From NCBI GenBank assembly GCA_039908535.1, contig JAMOAW010000004.1, positions 2,909 to 66,908 of the forward strand: a stretch of 64,000 nt of DNA, given 5' to 3'. The stretch comes from Magnetococcus sp. DMHC-6 (GTDB lineage: Bacteria; Pseudomonadota; Magnetococcia; Magnetococcales; JADFZT01). This document shows, in pieces, positions 38,723-48,157 of this stretch. The position numbers and the translations under genes were made by a program. Every line of letters starts with the position of its first letter. Position 1 is the stretch's first letter. Below the pieces are notes generated by a model. The model was not told the origin of the DNA and ran no database searches. It saw only the letters and a list, made by a program, of their open reading frames with translations.

Positions 38723-41604
38723 TGCAAGAAACCATTCGACAACGGCTTCTCGAATATAACCCTTTTGCCTCGACCGCCGCCGCAGATCCTTGGGAAGAGC
38801 GGCTTACCGATGTTCCTTCCATCAATCGCGCCTCTTTTGAAGGCGTAAACCGCCTTTTACATCAACTTGGCCAACATCCCAAAGAACCTTTGGCGGCCCT
38901 GGTGTTAGGCGAGGTTGGCAACGGCAAAACCCATCTGATGGCACGACTTAGACAATCGTGCCATCAGACAACGCATCATTCTCCCTTTGCCTGGATATCC
39001 CCCCCAGAGAGCGGTCGCGAACCCTACCGTTATCTGCTCCGCGAAATTACCGATAGTCTGCTCCATACGGTAAACGGTCTTACCGATTGGCAACGACTGG
39101 CCATAACGCTGATTGCCGAAAATCGCCATCCTAACGCAACTCCAACCGAAAACAAACAACAGGTGGATAAGATTCAAAATCAAATCCATTCTGGACAAGC
39201 CCGCCCAAAACGGTGCTGGAAAAAGATGCAGGCTGGCCTTACCCGTTGGATGTCGCCTCAAGAGCGTGCTGTTGTGCAAATGATCGTCTGGATGATCGGT
39301 TCTCCCACTCTGCGCCGAACAGCCTCCGAATGGTTGCGTGGCGATATTGTCCATCCCAAACGACTCCCTTCCCCTTTCTCGCTCCACCAGGACCGCTCCG
39401 GGTTCACCTCTGAACAGATGGAAGAGGAGGCTCGGACCATTTTAATCTCGATTGGCCGAATAGTTAGCCGCTGTCACCTTCCGCTGCTGATCTGTTTCGA
39501 CCGACTGGAAGAGCTGCGTACCCCTGCTCAAGATGTGGCGATGGATGTTATACTTACCTTTTTAGTCGATCGCATGGATGGGGTCTTGCCGGTTTTTTTT
39601 GCCCGTGGCCAATTTTGGGAAGGGCTGCGTCTGCGTCTCAACGCCCAGACCGTCAGCCGTCTCGAAAGCAACCGTTTCGAGATGACGGGTTGCTCCCGAT
39701 CCGAAGCCAATGAACTCATCTATTGTCGTTTGGCAACGCTCTTCAACCCAGAAGAGATAGCCAATCTTTTTTTTGATCCAAAAATATTATTGGATCGCCT
39801 CACCCCAGGGGGACAACACAGCCCCCGTATTGTCATCACCCTGGCCAATCGTCGCTTACAAGAACTGCTCAAACAGGCCCCACCACAGAATGAACCAACA
39901 GAAAAATTTTTATTCTCTGCATGGGAGCGGCTCACTCAAAATCGCCTCACCCGCAGAAAAGAAGAACCTCGCTCTCCCGAACGTTTACGACGCATGGCCC
40001 ACCTGTTTTTGCTCGGGACTGCCCCCGCCAATGAGACCGACTCCTCCGAAGTGGAAACCCCCACAACCCTCTGGTTGATAGAGAGTGCTTTTCATCACCA
40101 AACCCTCCTCAAAGAACTTCGCAAAGGGGTACTCTGGTTAGAATCACATCCGGGTGCCACAGCCCTCTATATCCGCGATGGCCGCGATGCCATTCCTAAA
40201 ATGCCACGTTGGCCTCAGACCAATCACTTTTTGCAAGATTTTTTAAATAAGGGTGGCAAAGTGGTATCCCTCGGCTCGGAACACTTGGCCCGTTGTCTGG
40301 CCCTTGCGGATCTCTACGACGCCATACAATCTGGGGATTTTGAAACGAATGAAGGCCCCATCTCTTTAGAGACCTTTATCTCTTTTTTGCGCCAACATCT
40401 CTCCTGGGGAACCCAAGAGCCGCTTCCTACAGATTCCAAAAAAAATTCCCCAGAAAAAACGCCAAAACCAGAGCATAAAAAAAAAAGAGAAAAAGAGTCC
40501 CCAGAAAAAGAAAATCCTGACATGGTGATGGATGAAGAGGCTGAAGAGGTTCAAGCCTGCCTGATGGCCACCTTACGGGAGTTGAAATTACAGGTCGAGT
40601 TAGCCAAATGTATCACTGGACCGCGTTTCATTCGGGTATGTGTACGTCCCCTACTGGAACTGGGTACAACGGTAGCTAAGCTAAAAAAACACTCTGAAAA
40701 TCTCCAAGTGGCCCTCAAGACAACCGTTGCCCCGCTCATCCGCAGTTACGCGGGTTGGGTCGGATTTGACATTCCCCGCCGTCAACAGACCCCTTTGTTA
40801 TTGATGGATCTTTGGCAAGCAGGAAATTCCAGCCGACCGGCTTCTCCTGTGGCCTTTCCTTTGGGTCTCTCTGTGGAAGGGCATGTGGTGTGGGTCGATT
40901 TGGCCACACCAGAGAGTAGCAGCGTTTTAATTGGCGGTAGCTCTGGCAGCGGAAAGACCATTTTTTTGCAAAGTGTTGCGGTAAGCTTGGCCCGCTTTAG
41001 CTCACCAAAAGAGCTCTGTTTATTATTGATCGATCCCAAACGGGTCGGATTTAGCCGTTTACAACATCTTCCACATCTGGCCGTGCCCGTCATTTTAGAG
41101 GCCGAGGAGGCTCAAATTCATCTTGATCAATTAGTGACAGAGATGGAAGCTCGTTATCGACTCTTCGCGACCGCAGGGGTTGAAGATATCCTTGCCTTCC
41201 AACAAAAAGGCCAACATCTTCCCCATTGGGTAATCTTAATTGATGAATTCGCCGATTTAATGATCTCCACTTCAACCCAAAATTTTGGTGTTCGGGCACA
41301 ACAAAAAACATTAGAGGGAACCATTCAGCGTTTATGTCAAAAGGGTCGTGCCGCTGGAGTCCATTTACTCCTGGCCACCCAAAGACCCGATGCCAACGTC
41401 ATCACCCCCCTCATCAAAGCCAACCTGCAACTCAAAGTTGCCTTTAAAGTCACTACCGAACGCAACAGCCGCATTATCCTAGACGAAAGCGGGGCCGAAC
41501 ATCTGCTAGGGGGAGGTGATATGTTGGTCGGTGGCAGTTTGCCAGAACAAAGGATTCAAGGGGCCTTATTAAGTGCCGATGAAATTGCGCTGGCATCCAC
41601 CTAA
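38719..41604 (+). CDS. double P-loop ATPase: N-terminal AAA/ORC-like NTPase domain fused to an FtsK/SpoIIIE(HerA)-type motor domain
   Basis: N-domain has Walker A GEVGNGKTH and Walker B-like LLICFDRLEE. A K/E/P-rich linker follows (KKNSPEKTPKPEHKKKREKESPEKE). The C-domain has an FtsK alpha-like GPRFIRVCVRP, Walker A GGSSGSGKT, Walker B WVILIDEFADL and LLATQRP. No TM helices and no C-terminal gamma wHTH. The ATG at 38719 is preferred over the TTG at 38701. Confidence 0.7.
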   Translation: MMQETIRQRLLEYNPFASTAAADPWEERLTDVPSINRASFEGVNRLLHQLGQHPKEPLAALVLGEVGNGKTHLMARLRQSCHQTTHHSPFAWISPPESGREPYRYLLREITDSLLHTVNGLTDWQRLAITLIAENRHPNATPTENKQQVDKIQNQIHSGQARPKRCWKKMQAGLTRWMSPQERAVVQMIVWMIGSPTLRRTASEWLRGDIVHPKRLPSPFSLHQDRSGFTSEQMEEEARTILISIGRIVSRCHLPLLICFDRLEELRTPAQDVAMDVILTFLVDRMDGVLPVFFARGQFWEGLRLRLNAQTVSRLESNRFEMTGCSRSEANELIYCRLATLFNPEEIANLFFDPKILLDRLTPGGQHSPRIVITLANRRLQELLKQAPPQNEPTEKFLFSAWERLTQNRLTRRKEEPRSPERLRRMAHLFLLGTAPANETDSSEVETPTTLWLIESAFHHQTLLKELRKGVLWLESHPGATALYIRDGRDAIPKMPRWPQTNHFLQDFLNKGGKVVSLGSEHLARCLALADLYDAIQSGDFETNEGPISLETFISFLRQHLSWGTQEPLPTDSKKNSPEKTPKPEHKKKREKESPEKENPDMVMDEEAEEVQACLMATLRELKLQVELAKCITGPRFIRVCVRPLLELGTTVAKLKKHSENLQVALKTTVAPLIRSYAGWVGFDIPRRQQTPLLLMDLWQAGNSSRPASPVAFPLGLSVEGHVVWVDLATPESSSVLIGGSSGSGKTIFLQSVAVSLARFSSPKELCLLLIDPKRVGFSRLQHLPHLAVPVILEAEEAQIHLDQLVTEMEARYRLFATAGVEDILAFQQKGQHLPHWVILIDEFADLMISTSTQNFGVRAQQKTLEGTIQRLCQKGRAAGVHLLLATQRPDANVITPLIKANLQLKVAFKVTTERNSRIILDESGAEHLLGGGDMLVGGSLPEQRIQGALLSADEIALAST

Positions 41605-41655
41605 CCAAACAGACTAACCTTGCTTCTTGATCCTTTTTTAAAGCTGAAGTAATAA

Positions 41656-42729
41656 CTAAAAAACTTTCTCATACCAGTTCCGCGTGCGTTGGGTGATCTT
41701 TACCACCGACAACATCACTGGCACCTCCACCAGCACACCGACCACCGTGGCCAGGGCCGCGCCGGACTCGAATCCGAACAATCCAATAGCTGTGGCCACC
41801 GCCAATTCGAAAAAATTGCTGGCACCGATTAGGGCAGACGGAGCCGCCACACAGTGGACCACACGCAACTGTCTGGAGAGCAAATAAGCCAGACCCGCAT
41901 TAAAATAAACCTGGATCAGGATCGGCACGGCCAACAATCCAATAACCAGGGGTTGAGCCAGAATCTGTTCGCCCTGAAAGGCAAAAAGCAACACCAAGGT
42001 GGCGAGCAACGCCGTCAGGGAGAGGGGGTGCAACCGGGTCAACAACGCGTTAAGGGCGGTTTGACCGCCAGTAACCAGCAAACGCATACGCCACACTTGG
42101 GCCACGATCACCGGCACCACGATGAACAACACCACGGAAAAAATCAGCGTCTCCCATGGTACGGCAATATGAGACAAGCCCAGCAGAAATCCTACAATGG
42201 GAGCAAAGGCGACAATCATGATCAGATCATTGAGGGCCACCTGACTTAAAGTGAAAAGAGGTTCCCCATCAGAAAGCTGACTCCAGACAAAGACCATGGC
42301 TGTACAAGGTGCCGCCGCCAAAATGATCAGACCGGCGATGTAAGAGTCGATCTGATCGACTGGCAACCACTGATGAAAAAAATGTCGGATGAAAAGCCAA
42401 CCCAACAGGGCCATGGAAAAGGGCTTGACACCCCAATTGATGAACAGGGTAACCCCGATTCCTTTCCAGTGCGTCCGCACTTGTGAGAGCGACCCGAAGT
42501 CGATTTTGAGCAGCATGGGTATGATCATCAACCAGATGAGTAGAGCCACAGGCAGGTTGACGCGGGCGATCTCCATCCGTCCGATGGCTTGAAAAGGCTC
42601 AGGCACCGCATGGCCCAACAAAATGCCGACGCCAATGCACAGTATCACCCAAATAGACAGATGACGCTCAAAAAATCCCAAAGAGACACCCGCATTTTGA
42701 CAGGCGGTGACTGTACATTGTTGGCTCAT
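41656..42729 (-). CDS. acr3: arsenite efflux permease, ACR3 family
   Basis: Motif FFERHLSIWVILCIGVGILLG...NLPVALLIWLMIIPMLLKIDF and about 10 TM segments. The ATG at 42729 (MSQQC) is preferred. The longer track ORF runs into the repeat element. Confidence 0.85.
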   Translation of the reverse strand: MSQQCTVTACQNAGVSLGFFERHLSIWVILCIGVGILLGHAVPEPFQAIGRMEIARVNLPVALLIWLMIIPMLLKIDFGSLSQVRTHWKGIGVTLFINWGVKPFSMALLGWLFIRHFFHQWLPVDQIDSYIAGLIILAAAPCTAMVFVWSQLSDGEPLFTLSQVALNDLIMIVAFAPIVGFLLGLSHIAVPWETLIFSVVLFIVVPVIVAQVWRMRLLVTGGQTALNALLTRLHPLSLTALLATLVLLFAFQGEQILAQPLVIGLLAVPILIQVYFNAGLAYLLSRQLRVVHCVAAPSALIGASNFFELAVATAIGLFGFESGAALATVVGVLVEVPVMLSVVKITQRTRNWYEKVF

Positions 42730-42766
42730 GAATAGACTCCTCACATACGTTAGTAACAAGACACCA

Positions 42767-42920
42767 GAACATGATGCCCTGCGGGCAAAAAAAAAAATCA
42801 AAGGCCAACCCCTGGGGGATGAATCCCACGACCCCCTCTTTTTTTTAAGACTTAAAAAAAAAGAGGGGGGGATTGGGAAAAAAATTAAAGGCCAAACTCT
42901 GGGAGATGAATCTTATAAGA
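42767..42920. repeat. repeat-family copy in inverted orientation relative to 43648-43807, between arsR and acr3
   Basis: gaacatgatgccctgcgggcaaaaaa...caaaggccaacccctgggggatgaatccc.cgaccccctcttttttttaagacttaaaaaaaaagagggggg... The outer 26 nt are the reverse complement of 43781-43807 except for one extra c. Confidence 0.8.
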
Positions 42921-42954
42921 ATGCCTCCAAGGATGCCAACGCTCATACCAGTCA

Positions 42955-43314
42955 TCACAGCGAAGTGCCAATGCACCGTCCCGGTCGGTCCGGCATGCTT
43001 AGCAAGCGCTCCCGATCCTCTTTGTAAATCTCCACTCCTTCAAGACCCTGGGCAACTGCCTGAATCAGCATCTTGGCCCATGGTGACAAATCTGGATGCA
43101 GTCTGTAATATACCCACTGTCCAACTCGACGGTCCTGCATCACATAATTTTCGCGCAACGTCCCAAGATGACGAGAAATTTTTGGTTGCATTTCACCCAA
43201 AGCATAGCCGAACTCGCAAACGCACAATTCTGTCTCCACCATCAACAGCAGCATCACACACCGCAGTCGGGTTTCGTCCACCAAGGATTTCATCAGGATT
43301 TCGGGAGTCAACAT
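42955..43314 (-). CDS. arsR: ArsR-family metalloregulator
   Basis: 119 aa from the ATG at 43314. As(III)-site motif ELCVCEF followed by the wHTH PKISRHLGTLRE. Confidence 0.85.
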   Translation of the reverse strand: MLTPEILMKSLVDETRLRCVMLLLMVETELCVCEFGYALGEMQPKISRHLGTLRENYVMQDRRVGQWVYYRLHPDLSPWAKMLIQAVAQGLEGVEIYKEDRERLLSMPDRPGRCIGTSL

Positions 43315-43403
43315 AAGCACCTCATATCTGTTTATTGATATATATACAAATCCGAATATGCTGTCAATCGCATTTTTACCATTTACCAATTTGCGTTCAA
43401 TAA

Positions 43404-43495
43404 AAGTCTTATTGGAGGGGGCCGGGGAGCGTCACGCTCCCCGGCGGAGGTTTGGAGGCAGAGCCTCCAAGGTCTTGCTTTTGCTTTTAATTTTT
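43404..43495. repeat. diverged repeat-family copy
   Basis: Hairpins ggggagcgtcacgctcccc and ggaggcagagcctcc are followed by ccaaggtcttg, the inverted form of the caagaccttgg end motif. Confidence 0.6.
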
Positions 43496-43647
43496 TGCTA
43501 TAAGGCGACGATAAGCACACGATGCGCGAGACAAGATTTAATTTTACCTATTTGATTGTAAATTGGTATAAACCTGTGAACCATCACATCATTATGATTA
43601 TTTTCATCATACTACTCCCATAATGTTGTCTATGGAAACATATTTAT

Positions 43648-43807
43648 GTATCGGAAAAACAAAAATCAAGACCTTGGGGGGCGGAGAACCGCCCCCCAAT
43701 CCCCCCCCCTTTTCTTTTAATTCTTAAAAAAAAGAGGGGGTTTGGGGGATTCATCCCCCAAGGTTTTGCCTTTGATTTTGATTTTTTGCCCGCAGGGCAT
43801 CATGTTC
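43648..43807. repeat. full-length copy of the G5/C5-hairpin MITE/REP-like element
   Basis: tatcggaaaaacaaaaatcaagaccttggggggcggagaaccgccccccaatcccccccc...ttaattcttaaaaaaaagagggggtttgggggattcatcccccaaggttttgcctttgattttgattttttgcccgcagggcatccatgttc. Confidence 0.85.
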
Positions 43808-43991
43808 AAAGATAAAAAAATATCGTATATGATGATGTTTGGGCAGTAGGTCAGATTGTCAGACGTTGAAAAACTTTGCCAAGGCTCGGTCTAGAGTCCG
43901 TCAAGCTGACACTACTACTCTTTTTTTGTCATGTGACAAGCCCAGCAAAAAACTTAAACTTAAACTTAAACATCAACATTTATTTTAACCA

Positions 43992-44615
43992 TTACAATCC
44001 CTGCGTTTTTTTGGCCAATCGTAATCTTTTTCTTTCAAGATGACGACGTAAAAAACGCAAAGTTAACACATATCCCAGCCATCCGCTAAGCAAAGCCCAG
44101 GGGATACACCCCAACATCAAAGGCCAACCATACTGGATCATCAGATCGATAAACCAATCCCAGGAGGCCTCAAAATGCATAAAGCTACCGTTGGCGGCCT
44201 CCATATTAGAGGATATTTGCGCGGCAGAGAGACCGGATAATCTTTCCCATATCTCAATCATCTCCCGTCCCGTTACCAGAAAAAGATAATAAACGGGAGG
44301 GACGGTTCCAACATTGGTCACAAAAGTCCAGGCACAAGCCACCGTCGGATTAAAATCCCATTTATGGCTGATAAAACGAACCGCACCCCAAACCGCCATC
44401 ACCATACTGATTTGAAATCCCACAGTGGGCGTCATAGCAATAATAAGACCAACAGCCGATCCCCATGCCGTATATTCTGGAGGATGATGACCAATCAACA
44501 TAGGACGTATTAAATGCTTTTTAGTCTGCACAACCGACCAACGCCACCACCACCCTAAACCAGAACTGGTCGAGGAATTTCTTTTAACCAAAGATGGATC
44601 TTGTGTCCCGTTCAT
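43992..44615 (-). CDS. DUF2062-like integral membrane protein
   Basis: 207 aa. PEYTAWGSAVGLIIAMTPTVGFQ and following TM segments resemble the DUF2062 pattern, judged from memory only. Confidence 0.4.
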   Translation of the reverse strand: MNGTQDPSLVKRNSSTSSGLGWWWRWSVVQTKKHLIRPMLIGHHPPEYTAWGSAVGLIIAMTPTVGFQISMVMAVWGAVRFISHKWDFNPTVACAWTFVTNVGTVPPVYYLFLVTGREMIEIWERLSGLSAAQISSNMEAANGSFMHFEASWDWFIDLMIQYGWPLMLGCIPWALLSGWLGYVLTLRFLRRHLERKRLRLAKKTQGL

Positions 44616-44724
44616 TTATGTTCCTAACTTTGGGCTAAAAACGACGATAAAGAAAACCTGAAAGAGTCATTGTAAACTGATCATATAGAATTATATACAC
44701 CGCACTCGAAAAACAGAAGATCTT

Positions 44725-45096
44725 CTAATCATGACCATTGCTTCTCTTTTTAATCGATTTTCTGACCTCTTCCATATCCAATTCCTGCGCATTTTTGATC
44801 AGTTCCTTTAACTCTTTTTCAGGTAACATACCCGCTTGTGAAAATAAAATGATCTTCTCTCTGAAAATCATCAGTGTTGGGATAGAACGAATTTGGAAAT
44901 CCTCCGCCAATTCCCGCTCCTGATCGGTCTCTACCTTGCCAAAAACCACATCGGGAAATAGTTCGGAAACTTTTTCATAAATGGGTGCAAAAGATTTGCA
45001 CGGACCACACCACCCGGCCCAAAAATCAATGATGACAATATCATTTTCCAGAACAGTCTGTTCAAAGTTATCACGGGTTAACTCAACGGTTGCCAT
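44725..45096 (-). CDS. thioredoxin
   Basis: 123 aa from the ATG at 45096. Active site FWAGWCGPCK. The longer track ORF overlaps lpxB and is unlikely. Confidence 0.85.
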   Translation of the reverse strand: MATVELTRDNFEQTVLENDIVIIDFWAGWCGPCKSFAPIYEKVSELFPDVVFGKVETDQERELAEDFQIRSIPTLMIFREKIILFSQAGMLPEKELKELIKNAQELDMEEVRKSIKKRSNGHD

Positions 45097-45109
45097 TCCT
45101 TGTCTCCAT

Positions 45110-46231
45110 TTAAATGTTGTGGGTCCCTTGCAAAAATTGAGAGACGATCTCCACCGCTCCCCTCTCCTGACTGGACAATAGTGTACGAATTTCTTGATAT
45201 CCTGAACGTATGCGAGCAATTTGTTCCGAATCGGTCAAAAGGGTAAAAAGGTCATCGGCCAAAAGATCAGGATTGGCCATTTTTTGAATACGCTCCTTGA
45301 CCAACTCCCGTTGCACCACCAAATTTGCAAGGGAGATAAACGGCACCTGTATGACGCGCCGTCCGATCTCATACGTAAAAAAATTAACACGATAAATGAC
45401 CACCATGGGTGCATCCAACAACGCGGCTTCCAATGTGGCCGTACCTGACGCAACCAACGCCGCATCCGAAGCCGCCAACAACTCCTGCGTCATCCCTTGG
45501 CGTATCGGCCAGGGAAAATTTTCCACCTCTTCCAAAGAGAGATTCTCTGCCAAGGCCAATATAAATTGAACTTTCGATAACCTCTGAGCCAATTGATGAC
45601 ACGTCGAAACCATCACCTCTAAATGACGTTGCAACTCTCCAGATCGACTCCCAGGCAAAAGAACAACCAATTTATCCTGATTGGATAACTCCAATTGTTT
45701 CCGAAAATCAAGCCGTTTTGCCAGCTTCGATCGCGTTTTCTCTACCAAAGGATGCCCAACAAAAGTCACTGGCAGACCCGTTGGTTGAAAATAAATCGGC
45801 TCAAAAGGAAAAAGGACCAACAAATGGTCCACAAGTGAGGCAATCCGCTGTACCCGTCCCCGACGCCACGCCCATACCTGTGGACAAACATAGTGGATCA
45901 CCGGAATATGTAACGCTTTCGCCCGTTTGGCCAACATAAAATTAAAATCTGGTAAATCAATGGTGATCAAAAGATCTGGCCGTTCGGCCGTCAATAAATG
46001 GGTTAAATAACGAAACACCCGTCGCAAACGGGGTAAACGATGCACCACTTCGACTATCCCGATGACAGAAAGATCGTTGATCCCAAATGGCCCCAACAAT
46101 CCTTGCTCAGCCAAACGTGGCCCACCCACACCACATACCTGAATTTGAGGAAAATGTTCTTTCAGCCCTGCCAACAAATCCCCGCCCAATAGATCCCCTG
46201 AGGCCTCTCCGGCCACGATCATCAGGCGCAT
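45110..46231 (-). CDS. lpxB: lipid-A-disaccharide synthase
   Basis: N-terminus MRLMIVAGEASGDLLGG, full-length LpxB-like sequence, and lpx context. Confidence 0.85.
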   Translation of the reverse strand: MRLMIVAGEASGDLLGGDLLAGLKEHFPQIQVCGVGGPRLAEQGLLGPFGINDLSVIGIVEVVHRLPRLRRVFRYLTHLLTAERPDLLITIDLPDFNFMLAKRAKALHIPVIHYVCPQVWAWRRGRVQRIASLVDHLLVLFPFEPIYFQPTGLPVTFVGHPLVEKTRSKLAKRLDFRKQLELSNQDKLVVLLPGSRSGELQRHLEVMVSTCHQLAQRLSKVQFILALAENLSLEEVENFPWPIRQGMTQELLAASDAALVASGTATLEAALLDAPMVVIYRVNFFTYEIGRRVIQVPFISLANLVVQRELVKERIQKMANPDLLADDLFTLLTDSEQIARIRSGYQEIRTLLSSQERGAVEIVSQFLQGTHNI

Positions 46232-46265
46232 TTTATGAACGTCTGGATTGGATTGAAAAGCAAAG

Positions 46266-46330
46266 TCAAAACCCTGGGGGCACCCCCCCAGACCCCTTTT
46301 TTTTTAAATTCTTTAAGATCAAATATCACA
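46266..46330. repeat. one-arm repeat-family copy between lpxI and lpxB
   Basis: Sequence aaagcaaagtcaaaaccctgggggcacccccccagaccccttttttttt. It includes the aaagcaaagtc motif that is tandemly amplified at 54.8 kb. Confidence 0.75.
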
Positions 46331-46331
46331 G

Positions 46332-47231
46332 CTAAGAATCCATAGCAAGATAGCCATGATCGACATCCTCTTGCCGAAGGGCAAGCAGCACCAATCCACT
46401 CTCATCCACCGCTTTAAATGTCACCTCAGGATCCAGAATGATCACCCCACCGGCTTCGATAACCAAAAGCCCAATCCCGGCCCGATGCAAATTTTCAATG
46501 GTTTGTGGACCGATGGTCGGTAAATCTAAACGCAAATCTTGTTGTGGTTTCACAACCTTTACCAATGCCCCTAACCCCTTGCCCCGCCGCCCTCCAAAGG
46601 CCAATGCCCCTGCCCGTTGAATCATGGCATCGGTCCCCTCCATCGCCTCCACCGCCACCACGACTTTCTCTTTGACAACCACCCCTTGACCAATATCCAA
46701 ACGACCAAGTTCCTTGGCAATAGACCATCCAAAACGGATATCTTCCCATTGCAATGGAGTGGGAGATCGACGACTCAATTGGCCAACAGGGGCCAATAAT
46801 TCGGGTAGATATTCGGTAATCCCCCGTACTAGAAAACCTTTTTGTTGTAACTGGTCCGCAATCCCCCGCAGCAACATATCATCTTGCAAATGGCGTAATC
46901 GAAACACCATTTGTAACGCCAGCATATCTGGACGAATATGCCAAATTCGCGCCTTACGGATGCCACCCACCAAAACCACATCCCGAACACCAAAACCCGC
47001 CAGATAAGTCAATACCCGCTTAAATTGCCCCAAACGCACCCAATGGATATCCTCTACCCAATCGGCCAACGTTGGATCGGTTTCATCCAAATGAGCCACA
47101 GCAACCACACGACCTCGCATGTGTTCAGATTGAGCAAATATCAAGGGCAGACGACCACTACCGGCGATCAAACCCACGCGAGAATTGGCACTTTGAAAAT
47201 TTATTTTGGATGAATCTGTTGAGGATATCAC
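46332..47231 (-). CDS. lpxI: UDP-2,3-diacylglucosamine pyrophosphatase LpxI (DUF1009)
   Basis: Motifs GLIAGSGRLP, DIGQGVVV, VEAMEGTDAMIQRAG and KPQQDLRLDLPTIG. Sits between lpxA and lpxB as in LpxI-using lineages. Confidence 0.75.
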   Translation of the reverse strand: MISSTDSSKINFQSANSRVGLIAGSGRLPLIFAQSEHMRGRVVAVAHLDETDPTLADWVEDIHWVRLGQFKRVLTYLAGFGVRDVVLVGGIRKARIWHIRPDMLALQMVFRLRHLQDDMLLRGIADQLQQKGFLVRGITEYLPELLAPVGQLSRRSPTPLQWEDIRFGWSIAKELGRLDIGQGVVVKEKVVVAVEAMEGTDAMIQRAGALAFGGRRGKGLGALVKVVKPQQDLRLDLPTIGPQTIENLHRAGIGLLVIEAGGVIILDPEVTFKAVDESGLVLLALRQEDVDHGYLAMDS

Positions 47232-47386
47232 AAAAGCTTACCTATACAGAACATGGCATCAAGAAAAATCTTGAAAAAGGGAATCTGAATCCCCCTATTT
47301 TTTGTAGAAAATAAAATTGAGGTCAAAATCAAAAAAAAAGTAGGGCAATCACCCAGCCCCCTTTAATTTAATACATCAAAAAAAAA

Positions 47387-48157
47387 TTAGCGACAAATGC
47401 CTCGAGTTGAACTTTGCAAAAATTTTACAACCAACTGCACTTGGGAAACATCGGAAAATTGGCGGTTGACCTCCTCTATGGCGGGTTCAAGCCGAAGATT
47501 AGATTGAAAAATAAGACGATGTGCTTTCCTAACCGCTTTAATCACCTCTTCAGAAAAACCACTACGACGCATGCCAATGACATTGACACCCGTAATACTG
47601 GCCCGATTGCCCGCCGCCATGGCAAAAGGAACCACGTCCATCGAAATGGCCGAAGCCCCGCCAATAAAGGCGTTCCGACCAATTCTGACAAATTGATGAA
47701 CCGCCGTCAATCCACCAATATTGGCCATATCCCCAATCTCAACATGCCCTGCCAGCGTAGCCCCATTGGCCATGATAATCCGATCTCCAAGTTGACAATC
47801 GTGGGCAACATGCACATAACACATGAGCATGCAATCGTTTCCCACTCTGGTGATACCCCCCCCCGCCACCGTCCCCACATGAAGGCTAGCATACTCCCGA
47901 ATCAAACACCGCTTGCCAATCTCTAAACGGGTCGGCTCTCCAGCATAATGGAGATCTTGCGGGGCTTGACCAAGGGAAACGAAGTGATAAACTTGAGTCT
48001 CCTCATCAATCACTGTATGACCCTCAACCACCGAATGGGCACCAATTTTAACACGATCCTTCAAAACAACGTGGGCACCAATCACCGAATAAGGACCAAT
48101 ATGGACCTCTTGGCCTAATTGCGCACCTGGATCTATCACAGCAGTCGGGTGAATCAT
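47387..48157 (-). CDS. lpxA: acyl-ACP--UDP-N-acetylglucosamine O-acyltransferase
   Basis: Starts MIHPTAVIDPGAQLG, followed by hexapeptide repeats. 4-nt overlap with fabZ. Confidence 0.9.
   Translation of the reverse strand: MIHPTAVIDPGAQLGQEVHIGPYSVIGAHVVLKDRVKIGAHSVVEGHTVIDEETQVYHFVSLGQAPQDLHYAGEPTRLEIGKRCLIREYASLHVGTVAGGGITRVGNDCMLMCYVHVAHDCQLGDRIIMANGATLAGHVEIGDMANIGGLTAVHQFVRIGRNAFIGGASAISMDVVPFAMAAGNRASITGVNVIGMRRSGFSEEVIKAVRKAHRLIFQSNLRLEPAIEEVNRQFSDVSQVQLVVKFLQSSTRGICR

Noticed and set aside
42707-43338. Plus-strand ORFs of 80-147 aa across the arsR region
   Set aside because: They are antisense to a clear ArsR (ELCVCEF, wHTH) or run through the repeat element. They contain no motifs.
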